A stretch of DNA of 63,289 nucleotides, the filler included, from Choristocarpus tenellus KU-1152 (Eukaryota > Protista > Phaeophyceae), in the NCBI GenBank assembly GCA_964200185.2. It is 9 parts of 9 records of this genome, joined end to end, with 100 filler letters (N's around TTAATTAATTAA, not from the genome) between each part and the next. Parts side by side here need not be neighbours in the genome. Positions count along the whole stretch, not along the records: positions 8,773 to 20,037 come from CAXNAD020002417.1; positions 20,138 to 32,589 come from CAXNAD020001834.1; 7 more parts are not named here. The stretch is one strand, 5' to 3'. Position numbers and translations under genes: made by a program. The notes under the pieces are model-generated. The model was not told where the DNA came from. It ran no database searches and saw only the letters and a list, made by a program, of their open reading frames with translations. The first letter of the stretch is position 1, and the number at the start of each line of letters is the position of its first letter. Positions 11,901 to 23,600 of the stretch are shown here, one piece after another.

Positions 11901-14900
11901 GAAGGTGGAGCGTGTGGCTGAATTGGTCAATGCATTCCTCCATCACAGATCAGGGACGGGGGTTCAAACTGATGAAAGACACGAGGGCAAGGGTGAGCAG
12001 GTACCCATCCCTCCTGGGTTACCCTTCCAACTAGTGCATGTTGACTTCTGTGAGAGCAAAAAGGCTGCAGATTTCTTTGGGGTGAAATCTTTGCCCACAT
12101 TCCTCATGTTCCATGGGGGAAGGAGCATTTGGGCTGGATCTCTGGGGGGAACGCCTTTGAAGGCTGCACCACCAAGAACAGGTTCAGGAGTTTGCCGAGT
12201 ACTGCTTGTGGAGCCGGACGCCAAGGTAGGCTAATGATGCCACCCCTTCGCTACAGTTTGAGCACTCAAAAGGCATTATACAGGAGCCTTTGTGAATCTA
12301 TACTTATTGCATTACTGTTTGATCCTTGAGTGGTGATTCCAAGATACTGGATACCATAGCAATTAGGTTGTGAGGTGAGGGGAACAGGGAATTGGATTTT
12401 TTACACCAGTATAACACTACAAAAATTAAAGTCTGTGTAATGCACTCTCCTTCAGTTTTCATATTGTTGTTCTCAATATCACTCAAGAGCTATCTCTCCT
12501 AATCACCGTCCTTTCCACTTCATCTTATTATTGAATGATCATGATCAATGTTACTTTTAGCATTAGTACACTCTAACAGCACACTACCATAAACTATGGT
12601 GAGCCAAAATATCTTAGAGGGTAGAGCCGCGTCCATTTGGGGTTCAAAGTCCAAAGTTGCGATTTGATGTCATTTTGGCTATCGTATTTGTTAGGAAGTG
12701 TCTATAACTATGTTTCAGACAAACCTTTTCATAACGTATACATTTTACCTACCCCTAAACATTTTGGAATAGGGAAACGACATAAAAACCCCATGAGAAG
12801 TCAAGCCGCAAATGGACAAACAGGGCAAAACTCGTACCCCCTAAGATACTTTCACTCTGGTTTCAGACTGCAGTGGGGTATACCCCTCTGAGTCATGTGG
12901 CATATCTAAGGTTCCATGCAATCTCCCTCAAGCTGTCTTACCAGAATGTGCTTCCTGGTCTCACCCAACTGCTAATGCAAAGGCCCAATTGGCAACTGAA
13001 CGAGTGCTGAAGAAGTTGGGATGTAACTGGGACCTAGTGATGAATGCTGCTCAGGCGGTGGCTAGGAAGCAGGTGCACTCTTGAGTTGAGGACAGTATTA
13101 GTAACCATATATTTTGTTGCAAATGTTACGCTGTTCTTGTGGTGGAGTGTCTGTAGCACAAGAGTGCTGAGAGGGTTTGTTTGGTCTAAGCAGGGGTTCA
13201 AGTTTCTCTAAACTGTCACATCAAGACATTTTATGTGGTATTTTCTACCAAGCTGTTCTCTCTCCAATGTGCACACATACATACTCCTTGCAACCCAAAG
13301 GGAGATGATATTCGGATTCACTACAGTAAAGCCTCTGTACTGTCAGGTGTGTCTAGCGCCAAGTATCACACCCATGACCCCCCTCCTTAGATTAAGCAAG
13401 TCATCGTTACCCCAGCTTTGACTCCAACTCTGTCCTCAATCCTGAACCTTTCCCTCTAAACTCACCACCTTGTCTTGAACCCCACTAAATCACCATTTGG
13501 CGATCTCAGAAGGATATACAACCAGGTGCTCTCTTTCACCAGTCCCAGAAATGTCATGATACATACGGTGTGCTCCTCATCAGTGACTCCTTGAACACTG
13601 CAGAAGTGATGGCAATCGAAAAGGTGACTCACCTCCAGTACAAACAAATGTAGCCCTTAGTGCGAGGAATCTTGCCGATTCATCCATGTGCCAATTTAAT
13701 ACCTCGAATTATACGCAATATTGTTGATACTGCAGCTCTACTATTAAGTGTCCTTGGAACCTGAAACCGTCAAAGATTTCATGTTCTATTGCCAAGGTTG
13801 TGCCTTGTCTCATAAACGAGAATGAGAAAACTCTACATACTTGGGGAGTAGCACTAAAATACTATGTGCAAGTCAGTTCTCTTGTGTGCATGAGAAGATA
13901 GCCCCATATACTGTAGCTCTACTATTGTGTGTGTCCTTGGAACCTGAAACCACCAAAGATTTCATGTTCTATTGCCAAGGTTGTGCCTTGTCTCACAAAC
14001 GAGAATGAGAAAAGACCACATACTTGGAAGTAGCACTAAAATACTATGTAAGTCAGTTCTCTTGTGTGCATGAGACAATAGCCTCATTATTTTAATTTGA
14101 TGTCAGCACAAAGAGCTAAGGAAAATAACAGGGGTGGAGAGAGGATATATACAGTAGTTAGATGTGGGAAATACTATTTTTTTTCATCCCCACAAGAGTG
14201 CTTATGAGGGTGAGGGGGTATGTGAATATTCACCCTACTGGCTCAGTGTAACATTAGAGGCTACGCTACTGGTGAAGTGAGTTGCTTTTTGTACAACATA
14301 TAATCAAAAATAGCAGTAGCCATTGCAAGATGTAATCTATGGATACTTGTAACTATTGTTAGACCACTGACCCCCGTTTCCTCCCATCCGTAGTCCACAA
14401 TAGCGAAATTATCCTTGATGTTGGCTGACATCTGAGAGAGCCTCATTCTCTGATGCCTCCATTGTTTCAGAATGATTGGTTAGCCACCTTGAATGTCAAA
14501 GTTGTCTTCAATCCTGCTATTACACAGGTAGGTCTAGATAGGTAATCTATGGCCGTAAAGCATGAGTCCCCCCCTGGAACAGCGCCCCTCTCCTCTTAGA
14601 GCTGCTGGAGCAGTACTACCAATGATACTAATGAAACTAATGATGATGATAGAGTGAAAGTATCTTAGAGGGTACGAGTTTTACCCTGTCTGTCCATTTG
14701 GGGCTTGGATTCCCATGGAATTTTTTAAGACATTTTCCTACTCCAAAATGCTTTGGAGTAGGTAAAATACATAAACGATATGAGAAGATGTGTCCAGAAA
14801 ATTTATATTTACACTTCCTAACAAACACTATGGCGAAAATTACATTAAAATCGTAACATTGGATTTTGGCCCCCAAATGGACAAGGCTCTACCCTCTAAG

Positions 14901-16408
14901 ATACTTTGGGTCATAATATATACATGGAAACACTCCTCAATCATCATTCTCACCCAAGGACATTTCTTTTTTTTCTTTCCAGTCTGGAGCTTGAAGGGAG
15001 TGCCTACTACAACCACACTCTCGTTCATTCAAACCAAACCTGTTTTTCTTCTTCAAGGTGTTCCGTAGCAGTGGAGACAGTGGTGGGGGCTCAGCACCCC
15101 TCCTGGTGGGATTGGTTACACTTAGAGGAGATGCCGCCCAAGCTGGTCTATCTCGGGCTTTTATTTCTGAAGGTTGTGTTTTGGGGAGAGTGGGTACTAG
15201 CCAACTTCTGCCTGGTCCCCTTGCAACAGCAGTTGATGCTGCTGCAACGAAGCCCCTCCGTCTAAGTTCACTGAAGAAAATCTTCGCCCATCAGGCCTCT
15301 ATTGGGCAGCAGGGTAGAGGAGAGGCAGTTGAATGCGGGGAGTTGGATGGAGGAGACAACAGGTGTGCTTACGAGTACTCGACTCTGGTTAGAAAAATAG
15401 GTGAATAGGAATGCTGATTGAAAGAGTATCTTAGAGGGTAGGAGTTCTGCCCTGTTTGTCCATTTGGGGCTTGGATTCCCACGGGGTTTTTGGGACATTT
15501 TATCAACTCCAAAATGTTTTGGAGTAGGTAAAATGTTTACGTTATGAAACGGTGTGTGTGGAACAAGGATATTGACATCTTCTAACAAACATGATAGCCA
15601 AAATTACATCAAAATCGCAACATTGGATTTTGGTCGCCAAACGGACGCGGCTCTACCCTCTAAGATAATTTCACTCTCCTACTCATGTGTTTGTACTTAA
15701 TACTCCATAAGCTCCCCTATTACTGTGTAGTATTCCTGACTTTATATACATTTGATATATGCACTTGAAGTATAATCCATCATCACTGCTTTTGTTTTGT
15801 TGATAAGTAGATAGTGGCAATGGGTTGAAGAGTATTGAAGTTGCTATTCTCTATCCAGGAAGTTGAAAACATATATCCAGAACCTTTCAATAGATTGAGA
15901 TACGCCTTGTGCAAACATTCCACAATACAAACGTATCTATTATTCCATCTCCTTACACTTTGAGGTACTCCTAACAGCCCCAACCGTAACCCAGAGGGTC
16001 CCAATGATACAATTGGAAAGGTTGGACATCAAAGAAGCCACAAACAAATGATGTTACACTTCAGGACATTTCAATGCTCCTATTGAAATGAGTTGGCCTT
16101 GGTTAGGCATTGGGACAAAGCAGGAAGGCCATTCCACTGTGTAACACCTGCCCACACATTCGTTTGCTCTATATCTCATTGCTTTTCCCAGGTATAAGGG
16201 CATTACACCTTCCAGACTTTTAGAACGGATGGAAGCATCTCTTCTTGAAGCTCGCACTGGTCTGCCACGGGCAAAAAATGTTGGATCAAAGTCTGGTATT
16301 GGTGTTGGTGGAAGAGACAAGGCTGGTCCAGGCATCCTTCTCTGTGCTCAGGAGATTGATTTCAAGGGAAGAGCGATGCAGAAGTCAACATTAGAACAAG
16401 GAGCATGA
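8915..16408 (+). CDS. Uncharacterised protein with thioredoxin-like fold followed by a pseudo-receiver (response-regulator-like) domain; 5' end missing
   Basis: Exons 8915(or 8937)-9104, 10027-10352, 11327-11461 (GC donor), 11817-12225, 12983-13072, 13510-13623, 15058-15362, 16192-16408 (TGA) join with consistent phases. Trx-like: LVVICCVRSDDPLC...FQLVHVDFCESKKAADFFGVKSLPTFLMF. Receiver-like: RVLLVEPDAKAQLATERVLKKLGCNWDLVMNAAQAV...YGVLLISD...PLLVGLVT...DAAATKPLRLSSLKKIF. Confidence 0.75.
9402..9659 (+). mobile_element. ~257-bp TIR MITE, copy 1 (intronic)
   Basis: GAGCCAAAGTATGTTAGAGGGTA...TACCCTCTAAGATACTTTCACTC, flanked by AAT/AAT. Confidence 0.9.
12601..12857 (+). mobile_element. ~257-bp TIR MITE, copy 2 (intronic)
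   Basis: Same TIRs and internal sequence; TSD TGGT/TGGT. Confidence 0.9.
13727..14087. repeat. Tandem duplication, two ~181-bp units (intronic)
   Basis: ATACTG.AGCTCTACTATT...GTGTCCTTGGAACCTGAAACC...GTGCATGAGA..ATAGCC starts at 13727 and again at 13908. Confidence 0.9.
14652..14912 (-). mobile_element. ~257-bp TIR MITE, copy 3 (intronic)
   Basis: GAGTGAAAGTATCTTAGAGGGTA...TACCCTCTAAGATACTTTGGGTC; TSD ATA/ATA. Confidence 0.9.
15416..15676 (-). mobile_element. ~257-bp TIR MITE, copy 4 (intronic)
   Basis: Same internal sequence in reverse orientation; flanks TGCT/TCCT. Confidence 0.88.
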
Positions 16409-16637
16409 TACAGCAATTGAGTGGAACCGTGAGCTTTGCACAGTGCTTACATATGGATCAGGCAGACAGAGAAAAAGAGCTGATAAATGCTGTGGTGACT
16501 TATGGTTTCTGCAGGATGCACGTAATATTACTGTGAAAGAAGCTCATGTATCCCAACACCTATGTACATGCATTTATTGATATTTTCAAGCCATGGTTAG
16601 AAAGCTGGGCGAAATTTGAGAACCCTATCCTCCACTA

Positions 16638-16895
16638 GAGTGAAAGTATCTTAAGAGGGTACGAGTTTTTCCCTGTTCGTCCATTTGGGGCTTGGCTTCC
16701 CTCGATTTTTTATGACATTTTACCTACTCCGAAATATTTTGGAATAAGTAAAATGTCTACGTTATGAAAAGGAGTGTCCGGAACAAGGATATTGATATCT
16801 CCTAACAAACATGATAGCCAAAATTACATCAAATTGCAACATTGGATATTGGCCCCCAAATGGACGCGACTCTACCCTCTAAGATAATTTCACTC
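16638..16895 (-). mobile_element. ~257-bp TIR MITE, copy 5
   Basis: GAGTGAAAGTATCTTAAGAGGGTA...TACCCTCTAAGATAATTTCACTC; TSD ACTA/ACTA. Confidence 0.9.
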
Positions 16896-17325
16896 ACTAA
16901 GGACACACCCGTTCCAGGTATCATTTACTGCCATTTCTACTGAGACCATTATCCATAAGAAATAATCACTAATAAGGGCATCCTGTAGTGCTACTGAACC
17001 AATGTAAAAAAAATCCCTTCATATCTCAATCACATATCCCAAGCTAACATCCCTTTCTGCAGAGGAATATTGTACTTGTGTATCTTATCCAACAACTGCA
17101 TACTAAATTGTCTTCTTTCTCACAATGGTTCAAGCAAATCCTCAACACCTTGAGGCATAGGTTACGGAGGTCCGTCATATTTTCAACTGCAGTAGGGCAG
17201 CTTGTGCTATGCTGCTCATGTTCCACGAATTATGATACTATTTTATATCTCTGGGACTTGTGAACAACCTGAAGTCATTTTCTTCTGTTGAAAAATGGAG
17301 AGATTAGTAGCAAATGAAAGAGCCT

Positions 17326-17604
17326 GGGCCATGGTATCCTAGTGGGTGGGAGGGTCAGGCGTCCATTCATTCATTCGGGGCCTTTTTGACCTTGTAGTGA
17401 TTTTCATGTCATTTGAGCAAATGCATCGGATATATTGACCATTTTTTTTCCTGGATACACCTTTTTCCATCCCTCTGCCTGGACCAAATCTGCAAGGAAA
17501 ATATCCCACGAAATGGGCATCAAACTGTATGTTTCAAAACCCCACCAAGCCCCGAACGGACAACCTGATCTAAACACCCCCCACCCTCTAGAACATTATG
17601 GACC
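17326..17604 (+). mobile_element. Diverged relative of the TIR MITE family (~279 bp)
   Basis: Termini GGGCCATGGTATCCTAGTGGGTGGG...CCCACCCTCTAGAACATTATGGACC. Internal motifs GTCCATT, GATACACCTTTT and CCAAGCCCCGAACGGACAA are shared with the main family. Flanks GCCT/ACCT. Confidence 0.6.
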
Positions 17605-18229
17605 ACCTCCTCTTCCATATTTTGCTTAAATACATCGTAATGAGTGTAATTTTACCCTAGTTACAGTATTGTGTACATGTGACACTGGCATACTGTGGAG
17701 GAGGGGGGGTGTAGATGTGGTACTTGCTGCACCACCACAGCTCCATCGAAATGGGCTCACCAAGTGCAATGTTCAATACATATCTAAATGTAACTACTCT
17801 TGAAGGCACATGGGAAGCACATACAGCAACGGCGTCGCTCTGTCGTCGTTTGGGGACAAGTATAAAGTGCGTAGGAGGACCACTTTTGCTCGATATAACA
17901 TAGGTTTCTCTTATCACGAACCCTCGGTTTAAGAGAAAGGCGTTCTTACATACAATAAGAGAGGATCGGGATACAAGAGAGGGGGTTTTGGGTTGTCCCT
18001 ACCCTCTCTTATATAGGTACATCGATATAGATGTATTAGAGAAGGGAAGAGAAAAAATACAAAACAAACCAGGATACAGAAAAGAATAATAATAATTAAA
18101 AGAGGAACTTTTGTAGTAAGAGTTTTCGTTTCCAATATACTACCTTAATCCAGTACCATAACTATACAACAATATCACTTGGGTATTGTTACCTATAAAA
18201 ATTATGTTCACATTCCTGTATCCTTGCAG

Positions 18230-19468
18230 TATAGCCTAGCCCCACAAAGATGGTCATCACCCCCATGTCTTCCTTCAGTTGCTGGATGGAAAGAAAGATC
18301 CCCAGGTCATTGGCGTTGAGGTCAAACGAGTTGGCTGACTGGGTCTCTATGACAATGCCGTCCCCCGCTGCCTCCTTGATTGCCTCCATGATCTCACCCT
18401 TGGTGTGTGGCTTTGTTCCGTCCTGTTGCACGAAATGGTGTGTCGTTCCGGCCTCGGCATACGAGCCTTGTTTGCCAGAATGAGATCCATGAACATGAGC
18501 TTCTTATACCTCTCCCCGTCCACTGTGGCTGGCACAAGCACCTTGGGGCCCTTGGGACAGTATTTGCTGGAGCACTTGATCGGCCTTAGTGTCAACCATC
18601 GGCCAGAGCCCGATTTTCTGATCGAACCACAACCCGTTGGAGAGCTTCCTAGGGCAGGTCACAGCTACAAGGGACATGACTTTTGCAATGTAACGCTTAT
18701 TCTGTTGCCGTGTGGGGTGAAGGGTACACATGTTGTCCATCTTTGAGGATGCAAAACTACTTCTTGTCCACATCCACCCAGCAATATAGATCGTCCACTA
18801 ATAGGCCACTTCCCCCCCTCATGTGAGCCAAACTATCTTAAAGGGTAGGGCCGTGTCCATTTGGGGACCAAAATCCAATGTTGCGATTTTGGTCTAATTT
18901 TGGCTATTGTGTTTGTTAGGAAGTACCAATATCCTCGTTCCGGACACACCTTTTCATAACTTACACATTTTAACTACTCCAACACATTTTGGAGTAGGAA
19001 AATGTCATGACCAAAAACGTGGGAAGACAAGCGCCAAATGGACAAACAGGGAAAGCCTCGTACCCTCTAAGATACTTTCACTCTGTGCATGTGGCTAATG
19101 ACAAAGCTCAACCTGTTGACTTTCTGTTGGTCTGCTAGGACTGATTAATCCACCGCTTGACCTTCTTCACCTTCTCGCGCTTGCACAGATCCCACATCAA
19201 GGCAGGGAGATCCGAGCTTTTGGCAGCCTATTTGCGGGAGGATGTGTGGTGTACCAATGGGATATCAAACGTTGAGGATAATTGTACAGCGGCCACATCG
19301 CCCCTTGGACCTCGTACAAGGTCCATGCATTCACCCCAAGCGATTTCGCTGTCATCCTACTTCAGATGACGGAATACGGTGATTCAGGAAATTCCAAGGT
19401 CCTCCGCAGTGGCCGCCATTGTCCCCGCCTGAGACATCCAAATCTCGTGCCCTCTCGCCTCCAGGCAT
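18230..19468 (-). pseudogene. Tc1/mariner transposase remnant (D37D spacing), interrupted by MITE copy 6
   Basis: Minus-strand fragments QQKVNRLSFVISH, WVDVDKK*F (VDEKWF), KVMSLVAVTCPR...FDQKIGLWPMV and QQDGTKPH...QSANSFDLNANDLGIF. Frameshifts and stops. Confidence 0.85.
18825..19083 (+). mobile_element. ~257-bp TIR MITE, copy 6 (nested in mariner transposase)
   Basis: TSD TGT/TGT. Removing the element plus 3 bp restores the frame FVISHMHMRGGSGLLVDDLYCWVDVD. Confidence 0.9.
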
Positions 19469-20613
19469 GATGCCACCACACTGTTCTTCTTTGGGGTGTT
19501 TGGGTCCTGACCCCGGACAAACTTCTGGGCCAAAGAATTGGGACCTACAGGAGACGGCGGGATGAGCGAGTCGCTCGAACGACAGGGGCCTTCATCCTAT
19601 GCATCCCAATAAACACCCACTTTGACAGTTTCACCAGGTTTTTGAACCCCATCAAATTCGACTTGGTCGACTTTGCACTGGTGATCCTCCACAGTCATGA
19701 CAGTCTGAGATCTCCTACTTTGCATGCCTCTCAAGCTATACAAGAACTAAGCCTTGTCCTGATGGTTAATCACATGGGTCGTTTCCGACCAAGAACACAG
19801 GTTGCAAAAGTTATATTACATTTAATTCCGAACGGAGGAGCATATTGATTAGAAAAGGCATGTTTCTATGGTAGAAAATTATTTGGGGCTTCTTCCGTAA
19901 AGTCGGAGAATGTCAAAACTGGGGCTTGAGTGAGTAATCCATTCACTTAGTGAAATTACATATCTTGGTCCATTCCCCTTTCTTTAGCAATGCTTAGACC
20001 CAAAGTATCTGTGAGGGGGGGGTGGTGTGCACCAGGGNNNNNNNNNNNNNNNNNNNNNNNNNNNNNNNNNNNNNNNNNNNNTTAATTAATTAANNNNNNN
20101 NNNNNNNNNNNNNNNNNNNNNNNNNNNNNNNNNNNNNCTCCCCTAACCTGATCCCCTGTCAATCTGGAAGGCCCTAGAATAGATCGAAACTGATACGCAT
20201 CCCCCCCTACCACAGTGGCCGGATCAATTTAGTTTTTTTTTTCCTTTTTGTCTCAAATATGAAGTCTAGACTACAGAGATCTGCATGATACAAACGCTGG
20301 AAGCACACTTGAGGCCTCTGTCACACCATTATGGATGTGCTTATTACCTCTGACTTTCTGACTCATCACGAGAGATTGACTGGCAAGCATGCAGATACCT
20401 TCTGTGGCATCCCCTTTGCTCAATGTGACACAAAGATGCATTGTTATATGTAGGGCTTGGCATGCCTGCACCCTTAGTGCAAGCCCCCTTCCACTGAGAG
20501 GGGGGTTGTTTGAGTATGATGGATTGTGCTCTGTACCGATGTCTGTGGGCCCCCTCCTCGGTCATTTTCCTTTTTTAATATCTCCAAATGATGTGCTGTT
20601 TACTAAAATGCAG

Positions 20614-23600
20614 GACCGTAGCTTCTATGAAGTTGTTTCTTTGGAAGAATATGTTGAGGTAATGCCATTGATGCGGTGTGCAGCTAGCAAGCTAACCCGA
20701 GGGGATTTTGCTAGCCAGAACTCAAAGATGACAGCACAAAAATGGAAGGAAGAGCACAAGAGTGAGGAGAAAGACGCACAAAACCTGCAATTCAGTGGTC
20801 AAGCTGAGAGCATTGACCCCGGAGATTTTTCGTTTGTGTTAGATAAGGCTAAGATCCACTCTAGTATTGCTGCAGGTTCATGGGACACCTTCAGGCTCAA
20901 CAATGATGATCTCGCTTCCCTTGCTGGGTGGTTGACTGACCGTGACCACTTCCAGGTTTGTTGGTCAGTTTTTTTGCTCGTGTGGGAAGAGGATGGAGAT
21001 GTTGGGAGTGAGTCTAGGGCATTTGAGTTGGGGTGCTGTATACTTTTTCTAAGGGTTTTTTTTGTAACTTTATTTTTTTTCTAATGGCGACCCCTAGATT
21101 GTGTGTGTGCGCGCGTGTTTGTACATACGATTGTGCAATTGGTGTTGAAGGTATTCTTTCTGTCCCTGTTCCCTTTATGTTCTACTTTCTGTATCTACTA
21201 AAGTTGTTATATATACTTTTTTTATAGGGCATAGCATCCTCTTCAAACCTCTGAAAAGAGATTTTTATTTGCCTCTTGCAACTGCATCTACAGGAAGTAT
21301 ACACTGCCAATGGGAGTGAATACAATGTGTATGTTGCTGAGCACCTGGACCCTCAGAAGAGGTAAGCTGATCTCTAGCCATTCCGTGCAACTATCTAGAC
21401 ATTCTTCAATTGATTGGCTTTAATTTCCTGAGAATTTGGATTTCTCTATGACAAAATATGAGGAGATCAGTAGGGTTCAACAAGTTGGTTTGAGGTGTAG
21501 TACTGATGTTCTATGCTAAATCCATTATACCGTCTTTGGTTTTGGTTTCATCGATACCATACCATTGACTAAACCATTTATCTATCATCATTCTTGATGT
21601 GAGTGCAGCACACTGATGCCTTTAAAGTGTTTCTTGCTCCTGGTGCTATGTTAGGATATGCCTCACCTTTCTACTTTGTGTTTAGTGCATGTGTGTGGTA
21701 CATCTCATCTCAATGTCGATATGCCTGAATAGTAATAAAGTTTCATTATAATTTGTCAAGAAACCTTTGGCTGCTGTAGGAAAGGTGAAAGCTATGTGAG
21801 GAAGTGTGTGCTTATAGGCATAATTTCCTCTCTATATAAACGTGAACACCCTGCCCCCCAGAAAATTGGCATATTTTTCTCTGTTTTTGATGTTCAGTTA
21901 CATATGTAAAAAAAGAGAGATTGATCTCCTGTATACATTCCGAGTAAACAGGGTTCCCCTTTGGTGTACTCTTGGTGACTTGAAAGTATTCTTAGTACTT
22001 TGGTAAGGCACTACTGTCACAGGAAAGGACAGCTGCTGCGCATCATTTGTTTTCATGGTTCTCCCTCCATCTTGTGCTCCATGTTGAAAAGAAGCATGTG
22101 CCCGGGGCCCTGTGACCTCACAGAGCCCAGTCTTGACTCCCTTTTGCTCCTCTTTTTTCTTCAAAACAAAGATTCCTGTGGAAGTACATTGGTTGTCTGC
22201 TTGTGCAGTCAACTCTCTACTATGGAGCGCTGGATATCAACGGTGTGAGCTTTGGAAATGGTGGTACACCAGAGTTTGCTGGGAACACCATCTTCAATGG
22301 GATTGTGAGAATGGATTGGGGAATGGGATCACAGTCAGTGTTGCTCAGTAGAAGGGTCTTGAGGGTGTCTGTAGATCCAGATTGAGGTTTTCATACATTT
22401 GCTGTTGTTGTTGGCGTGTTTTTTTTCTTTTGAGCTTGTCTGATCTGAAGCTGGTCTAGGCTGGCTCTTGATAAAATAATTGAGGTACACAAGTATATAC
22501 TGCAAACCTACTGAGAGGAGAGTCCTTGCAGTGGTAGACCGACTGAATTTGGTTACAGCAGTGTCCATGTTGCTTTGCATTGTGAGACCTATTGTATCTT
22601 GGTTAGTGTGAGGTGTAGAGATGTTTGGGGGTTGTCAAGTGTCGTTTTGTTTGATCATGGAGTGGCATGATTTACATTGTTGATACCTAGTGATGCATTG
22701 GATGCTGCAATGAAGATGAGAAAATCGTATCTTTTCTGTACATAGGTACACTTTATATCTTGTGAAGTTTTGACTAGAGCAACACTCTGCAGTAGGGGAA
22801 AGGCAGAAGGTGACAACGTTCTGAGCGTGTTTTTGTTCACAATGTAAATCTCTTGCAACAATTGTGTGATTGATACTGACAATTTATTGACGGGAGTCTC
22901 TATCAATTGTGGGGGGTTAGTCCTGTGTTCCTTCCCTTCCCTGTGGTAGTTACAATGTCTTCCTATCGAATTTTTATGGGCATGTAACAGTTGAACCAAA
23001 TGACCTAGATCTTGAGCTGTTTTGCACGATGATCATACAGACCTCATCTACTTCAATTGAAAATATCATGACTGAATCTCCAAGATAGAGGGAGATTCAA
23101 ATTTTGAGTTTTGAATTCAGTGTGTGTACTTGATTTAAGAGATGCGAATATCCAAAATTTTGATCTTTGAGATATGTCACAATATTATAGTGGTAAGTAG
23201 CTGAGGAGCGTATGATCGTTTTGCACATCTTCCCAAGATCTTGGCTGTTTTCGTTCAAGAGCTTAATCAAACTATGTGTTCATTATACTGAAGGAGTTTA
23301 TATCAGTTGACTATATACATAGAAAAAAACTTAGGGTGAACAGGTTTTTATTTAACTTGACTTAGGACATAGCAGCGTAGAGAGAAGGTGAGTGAGGTCC
23401 AACAAGTGTTTGCTTGAAACCTACCTGATGGTGTGAACATCATATTGCTAGATTCAATTTCTTCATATTGTAGAATTTCCTTGACCTCGGGGAAAATTCA
23501 AGTACAGAAGATTAAGACATTTTTTAAAACTATGTGCTGCCTGTTACTGACAGCGAGTTCTGTGTGCGTTCTCTTCCTTGTGGAAAGGTGGTGATCTTTA

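Noticed and set aside
9402-16895. MITEs acting as introners (intron-generating elements)
   Set aside because: Copies lie inside larger introns or intergenic DNA in both orientations, and their ends do not coincide with splice sites.
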